Part shown: in pieces, positions 1 to 12,699 of the stretch
Layout: the number at the start of each line of letters is the position of its first letter
Position numbering within the stretch: position 1 is the stretch's first letter
Assembly: GCA_951406725.2 (NCBI GenBank)
Contig: OX597832.1
Location: forward strand, 3,906,001 to 3,970,000
Direction of reading: 5' to 3'
Length of the DNA: 64,000 nucleotides
Source: Octopus vulgaris
Lineage: Eukaryota
The notes under the pieces: model-generated
The model's database searches: none
What the model was told of the DNA's origin: nothing
Seen by the model: only the letters and a program-made list of their open reading frames with translations
Made by a program: the position numbers and the translations under genes

Positions 1-317
1 TAGCGTTTGGATATTTACATATTTGCCTAGTGATTGTTTGCAGGCGTCATTGATTTTGCTCTTGTGTATTATAGGAAGGCCGTAAAAAAGACTGGGTTTA
101 CATTTGTTTCTTTTTCTGTCAGGCTTTTTCCGTGTAGAAGAATTAACGATGCAAGATTTTTCATTGTTTTTTTGTTTGTTTTTTTTTTATAGTTTATAGC
201 TTTTTCGTAGAAGGCCTCGTTTTCTAGTATGGATATTACTAAGTTTTTATAGTGTTGTGTGTCCATCAGAACTACAATACTTCCTTTGTCTGCTTCTTTA
301 ATTGTCAGGTTACTCAA
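1..317 (-). mobile_element. Penelope-like element RT fragment (decayed)
   Basis: Minus frame IKEADKGSIVVLMD..Y, then after a frameshift FYGLPIIHK; typical PLE pre-RT motifs. Confidence 0.8.
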
Positions 318-477
318 GGTTTGAACGAACTATGCATGACACTACATTCATTTTTCACAAATAACTTTGAAAAAAATCATCACCTAAATACTTAAACCAG
401 AACGAAAATATATCAATGTCAGCACATTTGATTAAAAGTCGCATTAGCCATATTTGGTCCAAAAATCTTCACACTCG

Positions 478-539
<62 letters not shown>

Positions 540-985
540 TGAGTGTGAATATATTCCTGTAAGACTGTGCATTTATGCATATGTTTACATTTGTATAAGA
601 GTATATTTATTTGTATAAATGTCAAATATAAGAGTAGGCATATATCTATGTGAGGATGAAGCTGCGTATACATATATACGTATGTGTGTGTGTATATTTA
701 TACATATATATGCATATACATGTATATGTATATGTGTATGTGTGTATAGAGATGTGTATATGAGTATGTAAATGTGTGTGTGGACATATTTATATATGTC
801 TGTGTGAGTGTGTATGTATGTAGATTTTACAAATGCAGAAGGTTTCTCTCTATTGTGAGAATGTGGTTGTGTGTATTTTTTATAATTTTTTTCATTTTTT
901 ATATTCTATATCTTTTATTTTTTTTCATGCCTATTAGAGTAACTTCCCTTTTATTCAAAGCTTTTTTTCATAGCAAATATCATCC

Positions 986-1047
986 AAAAAGCAGACGAAA
1001 ATGCCTCGAAGCCTTTAGCTCTGGCATTTGAAACTCTGAGTTCTATT
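986..1047 (+). ncRNA. Degenerate type I hammerhead ribozyme-like motif
   Basis: CAGACGA (992-998; CUGANGA with U4>A), 7-bp stem II AAATGCC/GGCATTT, GAAA (1030-1033), near-palindromic ACTCTGAGT stem III. Confidence 0.55.
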
Positions 1048-1085
1048 ATGACAATTTACTGATTATGACAATTTACTGATTGTCC

Positions 1086-1120
<35 letters not shown>

Positions 1121-1459
1121 ATGTATATATATAATATATATATATATATAATATATATATATATATAATATATAAACAACTATTCAAAACTATTAGATCA
1201 CATGGTTTTTTTTAAAGTTATTTAGAAATTTATCTCTGTATTTAACGTGGACTAAGTGGCATGATGTATTGTAAATGGGTATTTCATGAATACTTTGAGA
1301 TGTAAAACTTTTAACTTCACAAAACCTGGTTTTCCAATCTACCCTAGCAATATCAACACTTAAAAACTATAAACCCACTAAAATATTTTCATTTCTTTCC
1401 GGTTTGTTTCGGAAAATATTCAACTCAATCGTATTAACCATGATCAAGATTACATTTTT

Positions 1460-1590
1460 TGTATACCTAAAGCTACAAAGGTTTTCCAAAATTGAGTAAG
1501 GGAAGATTCTTGTGCTGAAAGCAGAAGGAGTGAATAACCAGAAGATTGCCAAGAAGATCTGGTGAAGCAAAGTGCCAGCAGACAATTTTA
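1460..1590 (+). mobile_element. Tc1/Tc3-like transposase N-terminal remnant
   Basis: Decayed frame FSKIE*GKILVLKAEGVNNQKIAKKI resembles the paired-like HTH of Tc3-type transposases. Confidence 0.45.
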
Positions 1591-1719
1591 GGGACCTTAA
1601 TATCTACCTCATATAACTAATTTTTTTAAACACTCAAAGGAAATAACTCATTTCATTGTTTATTTTCGATTAATTTTAATATTGATTTTTTTGTGTCCTA
1701 TTTCTAATTTTTGCAGACA

Positions 1720-1885
1720 ATATCACTTTCATACATTATTTGACACATGAGCAGAACTCATGTTGGGAAACCTCATGACATACTTAGATTGTTGAAAAAA
1801 AATCGATAATAGAGCCCTTCCAATGGATCCTTCTATCTACTACATATTATGAATATTTTATTTAAACTACCCAAGGGTAATAACC
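1720..1885 (+). mobile_element. Fragment of the Helitron-like repeat found at 32.1-33.3 kb (opposite orientation)
   Basis: tgacacatgagcagaactcatg..gaaacctcat..aaaaaaatcgataa is the reverse complement of about 32290-32380. Confidence 0.6.
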
Positions 1886-1924
1886 CATACCACCTGCAGA
1901 TTTTTGCAAAGCAATTGGTATTTG

Positions 1925-2330
1925 ATTTTCATGATCAGCCAACGTAATTCTGCATTTCACTACTCACAGTTTTGAACTGCTAAACATTATTATTGCACTT
2001 CCTTAATTTGAATCTTAAACCTTAAAGACATCATTCATACATACTTTTTGGAATGCCCATTATTCCAATAATTCTGCATTTTTACAGTTACACTTTTTCC
2101 ATGAGAGTAGATAAATTTTTAATTCCACAACGTATTTGTAGTGGCTTCATGCAGGTATAGCATGGATTTGATCATAGATTTCCAAATTTCACTTAACACT
2201 TCAACAGCCCTTTTCTCACGGTTAACAATAGTTTTTCTGTGAATGACAGCAGTTATACATTTCCCAGATGCCTTCACTAAGCAGAATAATGTATTTGCCT
2301 CTTGCCAACCTCCAACAAGTAGTCCAATGA
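1925..2330 (-). mobile_element. hAT/Charlie-like transposase remnant
   Basis: Minus strand KCITAVIHRK (CxxH-like region) and downstream NAELRWL (EVRWL-like motif). Confidence 0.45.
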
Positions 2331-2931
2331 ATAAAATTATTAAAAGATTAAAAGATTATCTATTGATATTAGCAATTGAAATATTGTTTTTAATCTTTGA
2401 AATGAAGCATCGACATATTTGTAAATTTATACTAAGCTTAACTTTTAATAATGTTGTTTACTTTAGATTTGTTTTCTAATAATATTATTTCATTGGAATT
2501 CAAAAATTAATAATTTAATAGATTTTTTTTTTCCTATTTGAATTATAGTATTAATTTCATTTCCTCTTTGATAATTTTGTATTGTTAAAAAATTACATGT
2601 CCAACTTTCTCAACAATAGCAGTATGGAGATCCTATGTTTTGGCTACATAACAGGTTCAATCTATCAAATATCTATGTTAGAAGCAGTCAGAAAATTTTG
2701 GAAGACTTTTTAAGCTTAACAAAACTGGATTATAGTCTGCATATTCTTTATTAATCATAATCTGTACATTCTTTATTAATCTCTGACTAGAAATTGAATC
2801 TCATGATCTAGCTATGCTCTCTATATTTCACTTTGATAACAAAAACTGGAATGCAGCCATGGCTGTGTGGTAAGAAATTTGCTTCCCAAATACTTAGTTC
2901 TAGGTTCAGTCCCACTGTGTAGTGCCTTCTA

Positions 2932-3147
2932 CAAGAGGGATGCTGAAAAGTTCCTGGCTGTAAGGGTATTGCAAAAGACCCGGTAGGAGGTCTAACCTGA
3001 GTTCTATTTACAGGATTTAGAAAAACTTAAGGACCTCTGTGATAAGTTTGTGAATCTGAGAAGGGAATATGGTGGGTAAAATCATAATTGACTGATCCTC
3101 TTGTATTTTCTTTTACCCAAAACCCGGAACTTTTCGGCACCCATTTG
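2932..3147. mobile_element. mariner-type MITE inserted in a SINE
   Basis: Imperfect TIRs caagagggatgctgaaaagttcc / ggaacttttcggcacccatttg; TA on both sides. Confidence 0.75.
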
Positions 3148-3222
3148 TATAACCAAAGGCTCGTGAGTGTATTTGGTAGACATAAGCTAAAAGAAGGTCA
3201 TCATGTGTATATATACATACAT

Positions 3223-3360
<138 letters not shown>

Positions 3361-3364
3361 TAAA

Positions 3365-3748
3365 ATATCCAGTTAAAAGAAGGAAAGAAAATGGAGATCA
3401 GGAAGTTAATTATTTATTATTAACAAATTGGTCATCTTCACTTCTTACAGCTGTTTCAATTAATACTCAATAATTTAATTACAAATTTGTACATTAAATT
3501 TGCATTTTTGAGTCTGCTGGAATGAATTGAAAGGTTCACATATAACATCTCAAGGTACACCTTTTTCTTTCTCTCATGAAATTATACCCTTGTCATATAA
3601 ATGCAAATTTAATGTACAAATTTGTAATTAAATAATTGAGTATTAATTGAAATGGCTGTAAGAAGGGAAGATAACCAATTTGTCAATAATAAATAAATAA
3701 TTGTTAACTTCCTTATCTCCATTTTCTATCTATCTTTTAAATGGATAT
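3365..3748. repeat. ~145-bp inverted repeat (Penelope pLTR-like foldback) containing a hammerhead-like motif
   Basis: 3365-3506 is the reverse complement of 3598-3748 with ~90-bp spacer; CTCATGA..GAAA core at 3573-3652. Confidence 0.75.
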
Positions 3749-4374
3749 AAACTTTATGCTTAATATATACCTATTATTTTAAGGGAATTTCATTCCTCAA
3801 TAATACTAGGTATTGAAGCAGTATTTCCTTGGATGCAACCCTCCCTTCACGAGGTTAACATAACCTATAATTAAATTTTATGTGTGTGTGTGTGTGTGTC
3901 TTTGTTCCTCACCATCTCTTGACAACTGGTGTATGTTTGCTTACATCCTAGTAAATTAGCAGTTCAGCAAAAAGAGACCAACAGAATAAGTACCAGGCTT
4001 TAAAAAAATAAGTACAGGGGTCAATTCATTTGACTAAAGGTTCCTCAAGGCAGTACCCCAGCATGACCACAGTCTAATGGGTGAAACAGATACAAGAATA
4101 AAAGTAAAAGAAATATATATATTTGAAGTTTATATCCAAATTAAACCACAAAATTTTACTTTGTGATTAAATCAAACTTAAATTATGGTGTTTAACCAAT
4201 TTTTCGTTTTGTTCCATTGTCATTTGAGTTCCGTTCTTTCTTTTTAGTTCTTTCTCTCTAATATCCATTCACTTTCAGTATAAAGTGATGTGTTGTTTCA
4301 ATAATTCTTGCTCAATAACAAATTAATTCATTGCAGATTTTATTATTAATTTAGTAGAAGTGTCTTGTAATCTG

Positions 4375-4602
4375 TTAACCCTTTGGTAATAAACTGGCCA
4401 TATCCAACTAAAATATTCTGCCTGTTTTATGTTCATACTGGTCAGTTCCAACCTTTCACACCTACCCTAAAATGTCATTCTAAAAATAGACAAATCATAT
4501 CATTGAAATCTCAAAGCTACAAGATAATTCATGATTAATTCAAAACAATTTGAATAAATAAGCAATAAATTTGAGAGAGTAATCTGAATGCTAAAGAGTT
4601 AA
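4375..4602. mobile_element. piggyBac-type MITE
   Basis: TTAA-CCCTTT...AAAGAG-TTAA termini. Confidence 0.7.
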
Positions 4603-4620
4603 GATACAACTTGGTTAGTG

Positions 4621-4953
4621 CAATGTGGAGCTGGCAAATGAAGATATTTCATTGGCTCCATGAATAATACCTGAAGTACACCTGTGAACATTTAACTGAA
4701 ATATTTATTGCTGGACATAGAGATACTGGTGCTGGCTATTTACAATGAACAACACAAAATTTTTGTTAACTAGGAGAGAGGAAAACCATGCTACACCCAT
4801 AAAAGTTACCTGTGAAATATTGGGATGAATTTTCAAAATGGGTCCATCCGAGAACTGCCTGTGATGGCAAGAGTGGGGTGCATAGTGCTCAGCCACCTTC
4901 AGCACTGCAAATAATTGAGCAGCAAAATTGTCTTTTATAGGGTACAAGAAGAA
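4621..4953 (-). repeat. LTR-like repeat, copy 1
   Basis: Diverged direct repeat of 6155-6507; minus strand carries TATAAAA, then AATAAA, and ends in CA. Confidence 0.55.
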
Positions 4954-6154
4954 CAAGAGAATTTACATAAAAAGAGGCCAACACAAGTGTGAAAAGAAAG
5001 GAAAGGAAAAAAACATGCATTGAATGCAGAATAAATGCTAAAAGAATGTCTATATAACAATATTAAGTTTGTAAAATATGCAAAGTTCTGACGTTCTTTT
5101 TCTTTTTCTTCCTTTTTTTATGGAACTGTAAAAAGAAAATTTAATTGAAAGTGAGTCTGTGTGTATCCAGAATTCAAAACATTGATATAAAAATGGATAG
5201 TGCTTCTGCTGCAGAAATTTCAGCTCCTTTGATGTAAGGTATATCTACAGTAAACAGTGAAATATAATCAAAGTGTTTAATATCTCTTGATATCAAAATG
5301 TTTGATATTCATCCGTGTTGGGTTATAATGCATAGGTTATTGGTTGAAGATTGGCATACATGGTGAAGATTCTTCCTTCCAAGAAATGACATAAGTGCCT
5401 TACTGACAAAGAAGCATTTGAGCAGCTAACTTGAAAGGATGTAGTTGAATGCAATGAATGAACGATCTTTTGAAGTGCTTCGGCCATGAGAATTTGAGTG
5501 TGCAAAATAACAGGGCTAGTGCCAGCCTGAATTTTGTCTTCAGACATCTTACAAAAATTTACTATTTCAGAAGAAATAGAAGAGATGAAAGGAGGAGGAT
5601 AAGTACCTGCATTAGAAGTATTGAAAGAGGAAATATTCATAAAATCGTTTGAAGATGCCATATTTAAAATGTTAATTAGTTGATATCACTCAAACAAAAG
5701 TATAAGAAAAGGTTAAATACCAGTTGTTACAGCAAATTGAGAAGGTTCTGGATAAAATTCACTCTGGAATCATTCATTCAAAAGAAGAGCCATTCCTTGT
5801 TGTTAAAAGTTGGTCTTAACTGTTATTTTGAGTGGGTGAAAGATACCCCTAAGCCATTAATAGTCACATTAACAGCCCTATAGCATTTTAGTTTCAATAG
5901 GTGAGGGTTATGGTGGAAAAAGTAATGAGCAACAGTGTCTGCTCCCTTTGATCTTCCCTTGTTGCTGTGGTCATGATGACAAGTTGATTTCATGAGACAG
6001 ATGAGTTGGATCTATTGTTGCAGCTTTTGCTGGCTTTTTCTTGTGTCAAATATTATCAAATGTGGAGAAGATGAACATTGGCTGTCCAATTTCATGGTCT
6101 TACTAGGCTTTTGAGTCAACAACCAATAATGTCAAGATGGTGTCTTGTTTGGTA

Positions 6155-6507
6155 CAATGTGGAGCCAGTAAATGCAAATGTATTTCGTTGGCTACGTGAA
6201 TAATCATTGACACATACCTCCAAACATTTAACAGAAATATTTATTGCCAGATGTAGAGATATCGATGTTGGCTATTTACAATGGACCACATCAATATTTG
6301 CAAACTGGGAGTGAGAAGAACCACAACACATCCATAGAAGTTATTTGTGAGGCATTGTGTGAATGTTCAGAATGAGTTTGTCCAAGAACCTGGAGCTGCC
6401 TGGAACTCTCAGTGATGGCAAGAGTGGAGGCACATATTGCTCAGCTGCCTTCAACACTCTGTGATTAACTGAGTGGCAAAACAGTCTTTTATAGGGTACA
6501 AGAAGAA
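6155..6507 (-). repeat. LTR-like repeat, copy 2
   Basis: Shares caatgtggagc, aaatatttattg, gtgatggcaagagtgg and gtcttttatagggtacaagaagaa with copy 1. Confidence 0.55.
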
Positions 6508-6522
6508 TGTTCTAGAAAACTA

Positions 6523-6945
6523 TTGAGTTGTCCGGAAAGTTCATGCCGATTTATAGTAGCTTACCTTTCAACTTATTTCAGAACATGGTTGGGCCCATAA
6601 AATAGGATTTGACTACACATCCATTTAGAGCACAGTTTAAGCTATCTTTTCATGGAAGAAGGTTTATGTTCTTATAATCTGTGTTAATTCTGTAACCCTT
6701 TAAAATGGAAGATAAGAAAGTTCATTTTTGGCACTTGATGCTTTGGGAACCAGACAAAAATTGCTGCAGCTCGGCTGGGATGTGTTACCCCACCCTCCAT
6801 ATTTACCAGATATTGCTCCTTCGGATTTCCACTTATTCAGGTCCCTGTAGAATAGTCTTAATGGTTGATTAAAAATGTAATGGCAAAAATTTATTGACCT
6901 TTTTCTTTCCTTTAAAAATCGGCATGAACTTTCCGGACAACCCAA
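6523..6945 (+). mobile_element. Internally deleted mariner element
   Basis: 30-bp TIRs TTGAGTTGTCCGGAAAGTTCATGCCGATTT / AAATCGGCATGAACTTTCCGGACAACCCAA; TA TSD; internal LGWDVLPHPPYLPDIAPSDFHLF. Confidence 0.92.
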
Positions 6946-7325
6946 TACATTGTGCCACAGCTTCATGCTAATTGGTTGCTTAATAGACCAATCACACGAA
7001 ACTGTAATGGTTTGCTCATGGTGTCCGACTGGTTATCTAGCAGTTGAGGTTTCAAATCACTGCTACAGCTTTAATAATCTGTGCTGGATAGCTAATGAAG
7101 TGATGCTAAAACAGGCTACGATCTAATTTTATCAAAAGCAACATTGTACATTCTGATTTGTTCTTCTCCCTAAATATAAACTATCTTCCTTCTGTCTCTG
7201 TTACACACCCTCATGTCTTGTACCGTTCCCTTTGCCTGTCACATTCTAATGATACCAATCCTAATGATACCACTATGCTTATTCACTCACTTTTACTATT
7301 ACAGCATGATAATCTAATATTTTAT

Positions 7326-7370
<45 letters not shown>

Positions 7371-7372
<2 letters not shown>

Positions 7373-7505
7373 CATCATCATCATCACCATCATCATCATC
7401 GTTTAGCATCCGCTTTCCATGCTGGCATGCATTAGATGGTTTGACTGAGGTCTGGCAAGCCAGTGGGCTGCACAAGGTTCCAATCTGATCTGGCACGGGA
7501 GCCAG
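7371..7505 (-). mobile_element. Short RTE-type 3' end with (GAT)n tail
   Basis: Same terminus as 57879-57995. Confidence 0.65.
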
Positions 7506-9601
7506 TAGGTATATATATATATATATATAAAGTATCCTACATGATAGTGGACTTCAAATCAATGAGAACATTGATAATTATTTCAAATCATTCCTTGTAA
7601 TACTTAGTTAAAATTGTTATCGAATTCATGGTATCAACAGAGGATTGTTTAGTTAACTTTAATATAAACGTGTGCCTGTACTCCAGTTATCCTTCTCTTG
7701 TAATATATAAGTAATGATGTCTTGTCTTATAGCATATCACAGGCTATTTACTTCATTTTATTTTAAATTGGTACAGCCATGAATTGTTGTAGTAAGTGGT
7801 GGCTGCTCTACTTTGAGTTTGGAGGAAATTGGTCTACTTTAGAATATGTAGTATTTAAAGAATAACAGTAAACAATTATGCGTTAAGAATTTGTTTTGCA
7901 CATGTTTATATATGTATATAAAATTTTTAAGCATTTTAAGTAGCTCTAGTGTAAGAGACGAAAGCATGCATTTTCAAATACTGCTTCTTCAATTACCTTT
8001 CAGAACAAAATCAGTAAAAATCATCCTGACAATCAGTTAGTTCTTTTATCAAACATAGTGTTCACATCTCCAAGAACTGTTCTGAGATAACAAGTGAAAA
8101 TTTTCCATATAATTGAATAATAATGTAACTGCTCCGTAGTTTTATGAAGTTATTACCATAAAATGAAAGTAACTAAATCTGTTGCTATAGTTCTTATCAG
8201 TAGTCATGGTTATTTATTGATATTAACTGACTATCAAAAACAAAAACAAAACAAAAAATTTTCATATATAGTGCTAAGAAAATTCATTAATGTATGTGTC
8301 CTTTGTGCTGAAGGAAATGTTAGACCTATATTAACTTATTCTTTAATAGTATGATTCATAATATTCTGTATTGCAGAGATCAGTTGTAAATTAAAATTGG
8401 ATCATAGAACCAAATACATTTTCCAATACCACAATCCTTCTAATTATATCCAATTGTTTGCACTTTCGTATTGTTTTTGGCATTCCTTTTTGCATCTAAT
8501 GCCAATGTAAATCTATCTCCTTTTTTCTTTCCAAAGTAAGTTAAGCTATATTTAGAATGAAAAATGATTTGTTACCATTTTTGTAAATGTGCTTCATTTT
8601 GGTTCAGATATATTTCAGTTTTGGCTCAGATTTATGCCTGCAAATAAACTTAACATCCTCAAGAAACATTCCTATACTGGTTTCAATATGTTTCAGAAGA
8701 GGTAACTTTTAAATTTTTTTTTAATTAGTCATGATAAGCAATATTTTAACAATCATATTTCTATATATCTATGTCATTAATTTTTGAATTTATCTGTTTC
8801 CAAGCAGTTTTTTCTATGACTGTTGCGAAGTCTTTGTAGAGCTATTGGAAGAGAACACGGATGTAGTTTCTCCTTGTTTTTTTCCAGATTTTGAGAAAAA
8901 GAGAAAATGAGAGTTCTGATGTTCAGACCTTTAAACAAAGAACATTAACAAAACAAATAAAATGAAAGTAACAACAAATGGTAATAAATGCCAGACTGTA
9001 GCCACAGAAAGCTTTACTTGATGCCAAGTTATCACTAGAGTAATAAAAATTGATTAGGCTATTATTATGTTCTTTTGTGTCTTTATTTATACTACATTTC
9101 AATCTATATAGTGATTAATGTATAAGAGATAACAATTGGACTATAGGCCATTTTGAAACATGGAAAAAAAATCCTATTAAGATATGGTTAATAGCTTGAT
9201 GAAAACCCACTATTATAATGGATATATCTTTACTGCTACAACATAATAGCTATCCATATATTTCACTGCTACAAGCCTACTTCTTTTATTTCACTCTCAA
9301 ACACAGTCATACTTCTTATTGGTTAGTCTGAAAAACAACAACAATACCTCAGTTTATTGGTATTTCAGTGACTCAATGACAATTATTTGAAATGGATTAT
9401 AATTTTCATTTAGTTTCTTGTTTTTGTATTCTAAGTTATTTTCAAGTACATTATTATCATTACAGATGTCAGAAAGATAGAATAATTGAGCATATTTTCA
9501 AGTTATTCATAGAATTAAGTTCATAATAAACTAAATATTAGTAATTTATATACAAAATGAGATTTTTCTCTACAAAAGCAATTTCCTGAAAATGTCACAT
9601 C

Positions 9602-9709
9602 TTAACACATTAACATGTATTTTTCATCACTGGTAACTAAAGCAGCTGCAATAACTGGGAGAGTGGGTGTTTGCTGGATACATAAGCCAAGATGTTTCAA
9701 AGCTAAAGA
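9602..9709 (-). CDS. Candidate terminal coding exon of an unidentified minus-strand gene
   Basis: Acceptor-like tttttcctaaattatcag, then SLALKHLGLCIQQTPTLPVIAAALVTSDEKYMLMC*, followed by ~2 kb of SINE-free sequence (possible 3' UTR); no homology recognised. Confidence 0.25.
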   Translation of the reverse strand, partial: SLALKHLGLCIQQTPTLPVIAAALVTSDEKYMLMC

Positions 9710-10351
9710 CTGATAATTTAGGAAAAACAATTTAATTGAATTTGTTACTAAAACATATTGGAAGAGATATTCATTTTGATATATTTCCCAGTTGTAAAAT
9801 TTCAAACACTGAACAAGTTGTAAATGAAAAAAAATTACGGCCAACAGTCAGTTGTAGACTGATTTTAGCTTGTCCTATTATTTTTTAAAGAAATTAATAT
9901 ATACAATGAAACATATTAGTGTGTGTTGATCATTGAATAATGTTTAGTTTAACGCAAATTCCGATAGAGCCAGCTTATGGTCAGAAACAAGAGATTTAAA
10001 AATAGAACAGGTAAAATAAATTTTCTTTGTACGGTGAAATTGAAGAATGATATGAAACACTGGAATTTGAAGGTAAAGAAACTTATGAGTCATGTTACTT
10101 AAAATAGAAAAACAGTTTCAATAGAAAATACTTGTTTCTTATAATAGCATACTCATTTGTTCTAAAGATTTTCAGAATTCTACTCAATGTCATTGGCTAT
10201 AGAACATCATCATCTGTTTGATCAATGTTTTGGTTTGCTCTTTGTCATAATCTAACCAATATCATATTAGAATCGATATATTATTCTACTGAATGTCTTA
10301 TTCTATAACAGATCATAAATTACTCAGTGTAATAATTCTTCTATTCTAAAG

Positions 10352-10560
10352 GTAGTAGGCAAAGCTGTAAGGTCAAGAATTTTGCTTTGCTGCCACATGG
10401 TTTCAAGGTCAGTCTCACTGCATGGCACCTTGAGTTTGTGTTTTCTTCTACAGCTTCAGGTCGACCAATGCCTTATGAGTGAATTTGGAGACAGAACTTA
10501 GGTGGAAGCTTGTCATGCATATATGCATATGTGTGTAAATATATATAGATATTCACATGT

Positions 10561-10612
<52 letters not shown>

Positions 10613-11190
10613 AGGTGCATGGCTTAGTGTTTAGGGTATGTGGCTCATGGTTGTAAAGTCATGAGTTCAATACCTGGAGATGTGTTGGGTCCTTGAAGAT
10701 GACATTTTATTTCACATTACTCTGGTCCACCCAGCTGGTAAAAATGAGCAGTGCCTGTATTTCAAAGGGCCAACCTTGTCACATTCTGTATCATGTTGAA
10801 ACTTCTTAGGAACTGCATTAAGTACATGCATGTCTGTGGAGTACTCAACCATTTACATTGTTTTCATGAGCAGACAATTCCATTGAACAGATCAACTGCA
10901 ACACTCGTTGTAACCAACAGAGTGCCAGTTACATGTGTGTATATATGTGTGTATGTGTGTATGTATGTATGTATGTATGTATGTATGTATGTATGTGAGT
11001 GTTTATCCCCCATCATTGCTTGACAACCAGTGTTGGTTTGTTTATGTTCCTGTAACTTAGTAGTTCAGAAGAAGGACCACTAGAAAAAGTACAGATTTCA
11101 AAATAAGTACTGGGGCTGATTGGTTCAACTAAACCTTTAAAGGTGGTGTCTCAGCGTGGCCATAGCCCAATGAATGAAAAAAATAAAAGA
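10352..11190 (+). mobile_element. SINE family A copy with a family C tRNA-head SINE (10611-10930) nested in its central microsatellite
   Basis: A head 10352-10515; C element starts ggaggtgcatggcttagtg..gagttcaatacc; A 3' half 11000-11190. Confidence 0.75.
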
Positions 11191-11195
11191 TTATA

Positions 11196-12476
11196 TTAGG
11201 TTGTTCAGAAAATAATGGCTGCTCTAAGTGTTGTGTTTTGAAACGCAGTTTTATCATAGTATTTTAACTATATTTTAGGTGAATTTCGACATACTTAATA
11301 ATTAATGTATGCTCTTTAATAATTTTCTACTTATTTCAGACAGAAAACATTCTTGAAGCATAGGCATCCTTAATTATGAACATGACAAAAAAAAGGACCT
11401 TCACTTACTTTTTTTGCTTGAGGTCAAGCTTGGGCACAATGCCTCCCAAACTGTTGCCAATATCAGCAAAGCATGGGGAGATGGGTCCACAAGTGATCGC
11501 ACAATACAAAGGTGGTTTCAGAAATTCTATAGTGGTGATGAGAGCCTTGAAGATGAAGAAGGTTGAGGACAGTCATGCAGTCTTGACAATGAACAATTGA
11601 AAGCAATAGTTGAACAAAATTCATGTCAAAATGTCAGAGAAATGTCTCAGGCATTTGGCGTCAGTATTGCAACAGTCTCATGCAATCTGCAGAAGATTTG
11701 TAAGGTGAAAAAGCTCGATAAATGGGTACCACACGAGCTCAATGAAAATCAAAAAGTTCGGCATTTTGAAGTGTGCTCGATGTTCTTTCTGTAAAACACC
11801 AATGATCCTTTTCTTGACCAAAAAGTCATTTGTGACAAAAAGTGGATCCTTTATGCTAACCGTAAATGATCAGGTCAATGGTTTGATTGTGATGAGTCCC
11901 CCAAACATTTCCCAAAGTCAAAGTTGCATCAGCAAAAAATTATGGTGACCGTCTGGTGGTTTGCAGTTGGTGTTGTCCATTACAGCTTTCTAGAAGCCAA
12001 TCAGAGCATTAAAGCAGAGGTTTACTGCAATCAACCCACTGAAGTGCGTGCTCATTTGTAAGAGACCTGCATTGGTGAATTGGTGTGGCTCAATTCTGCT
12101 CCATGATAATGCAAAGACACATATTGCAAGAACAACACTGCAGAAACTCACAGACTTGGGATACAAGACTTTACCATATCCTCCATATTCTCCTGACCTT
12201 TCACCCACTGACTGCCATTTTTTGAATCATTTGAACACGTTTTTAAGTGATAAAACTTTCAGGTTCAAACCAGAGGTGGAAATAGCTTTCAAAGATTTCT
12301 TAGCATCAAAGCCAATAAGTTTTTATCAAGGAGGCATAAATAATCTCGTTGATCAACCGCAAAGGTGCATAGATGTTCACGGCTCATACTTTGAATCATC
12401 AAAACATTTCTATTATTAATTTTTCCAGAATAGAATTATGTTTCTGAAATTGGCCATTATTTTCAGAATAACCTAA
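11196..12476 (+). mobile_element. Full-length decayed mariner transposon (1281 bp)
   Basis: TIRs TTAGGTTGTTCAGAAAATAATGGC / GCCATTATTTTCAGAATAACCTAA; TA TSD on both sides. Confidence 0.95.
11376..12410 (+). pseudogene. mariner transposase pseudogene
   Basis: KLDKWVPHEL, LLHDNA and PPYSPDLSPTD motifs spread over several frames with stops. Confidence 0.93.
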
Positions 12477-12699
12477 TATAATAGTATGCACAAAGTCACA
12501 AATTGCTCAATGCCATACCCTACTCAGTCCCAGTCTGCTCTACGTTGTAGGTATTTTTTGTTTTTCTTTTTTTTTTAATGACTTAGAGGAGAAGGTCAGC
12601 ACTGAGGACCTTTTTCAGGTCATCTGAAATTGATGAAAGGATTGGAAGAACTAATTCTTCAATCAGATACCTGGCCAAAATACTTGCAACATAGTGGCC

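Noticed and set aside
5323-5661. 112-aa minus-strand ORF
   Set aside because: No recognisable motif; the coding-like signal appears to be on the opposite strand and decayed
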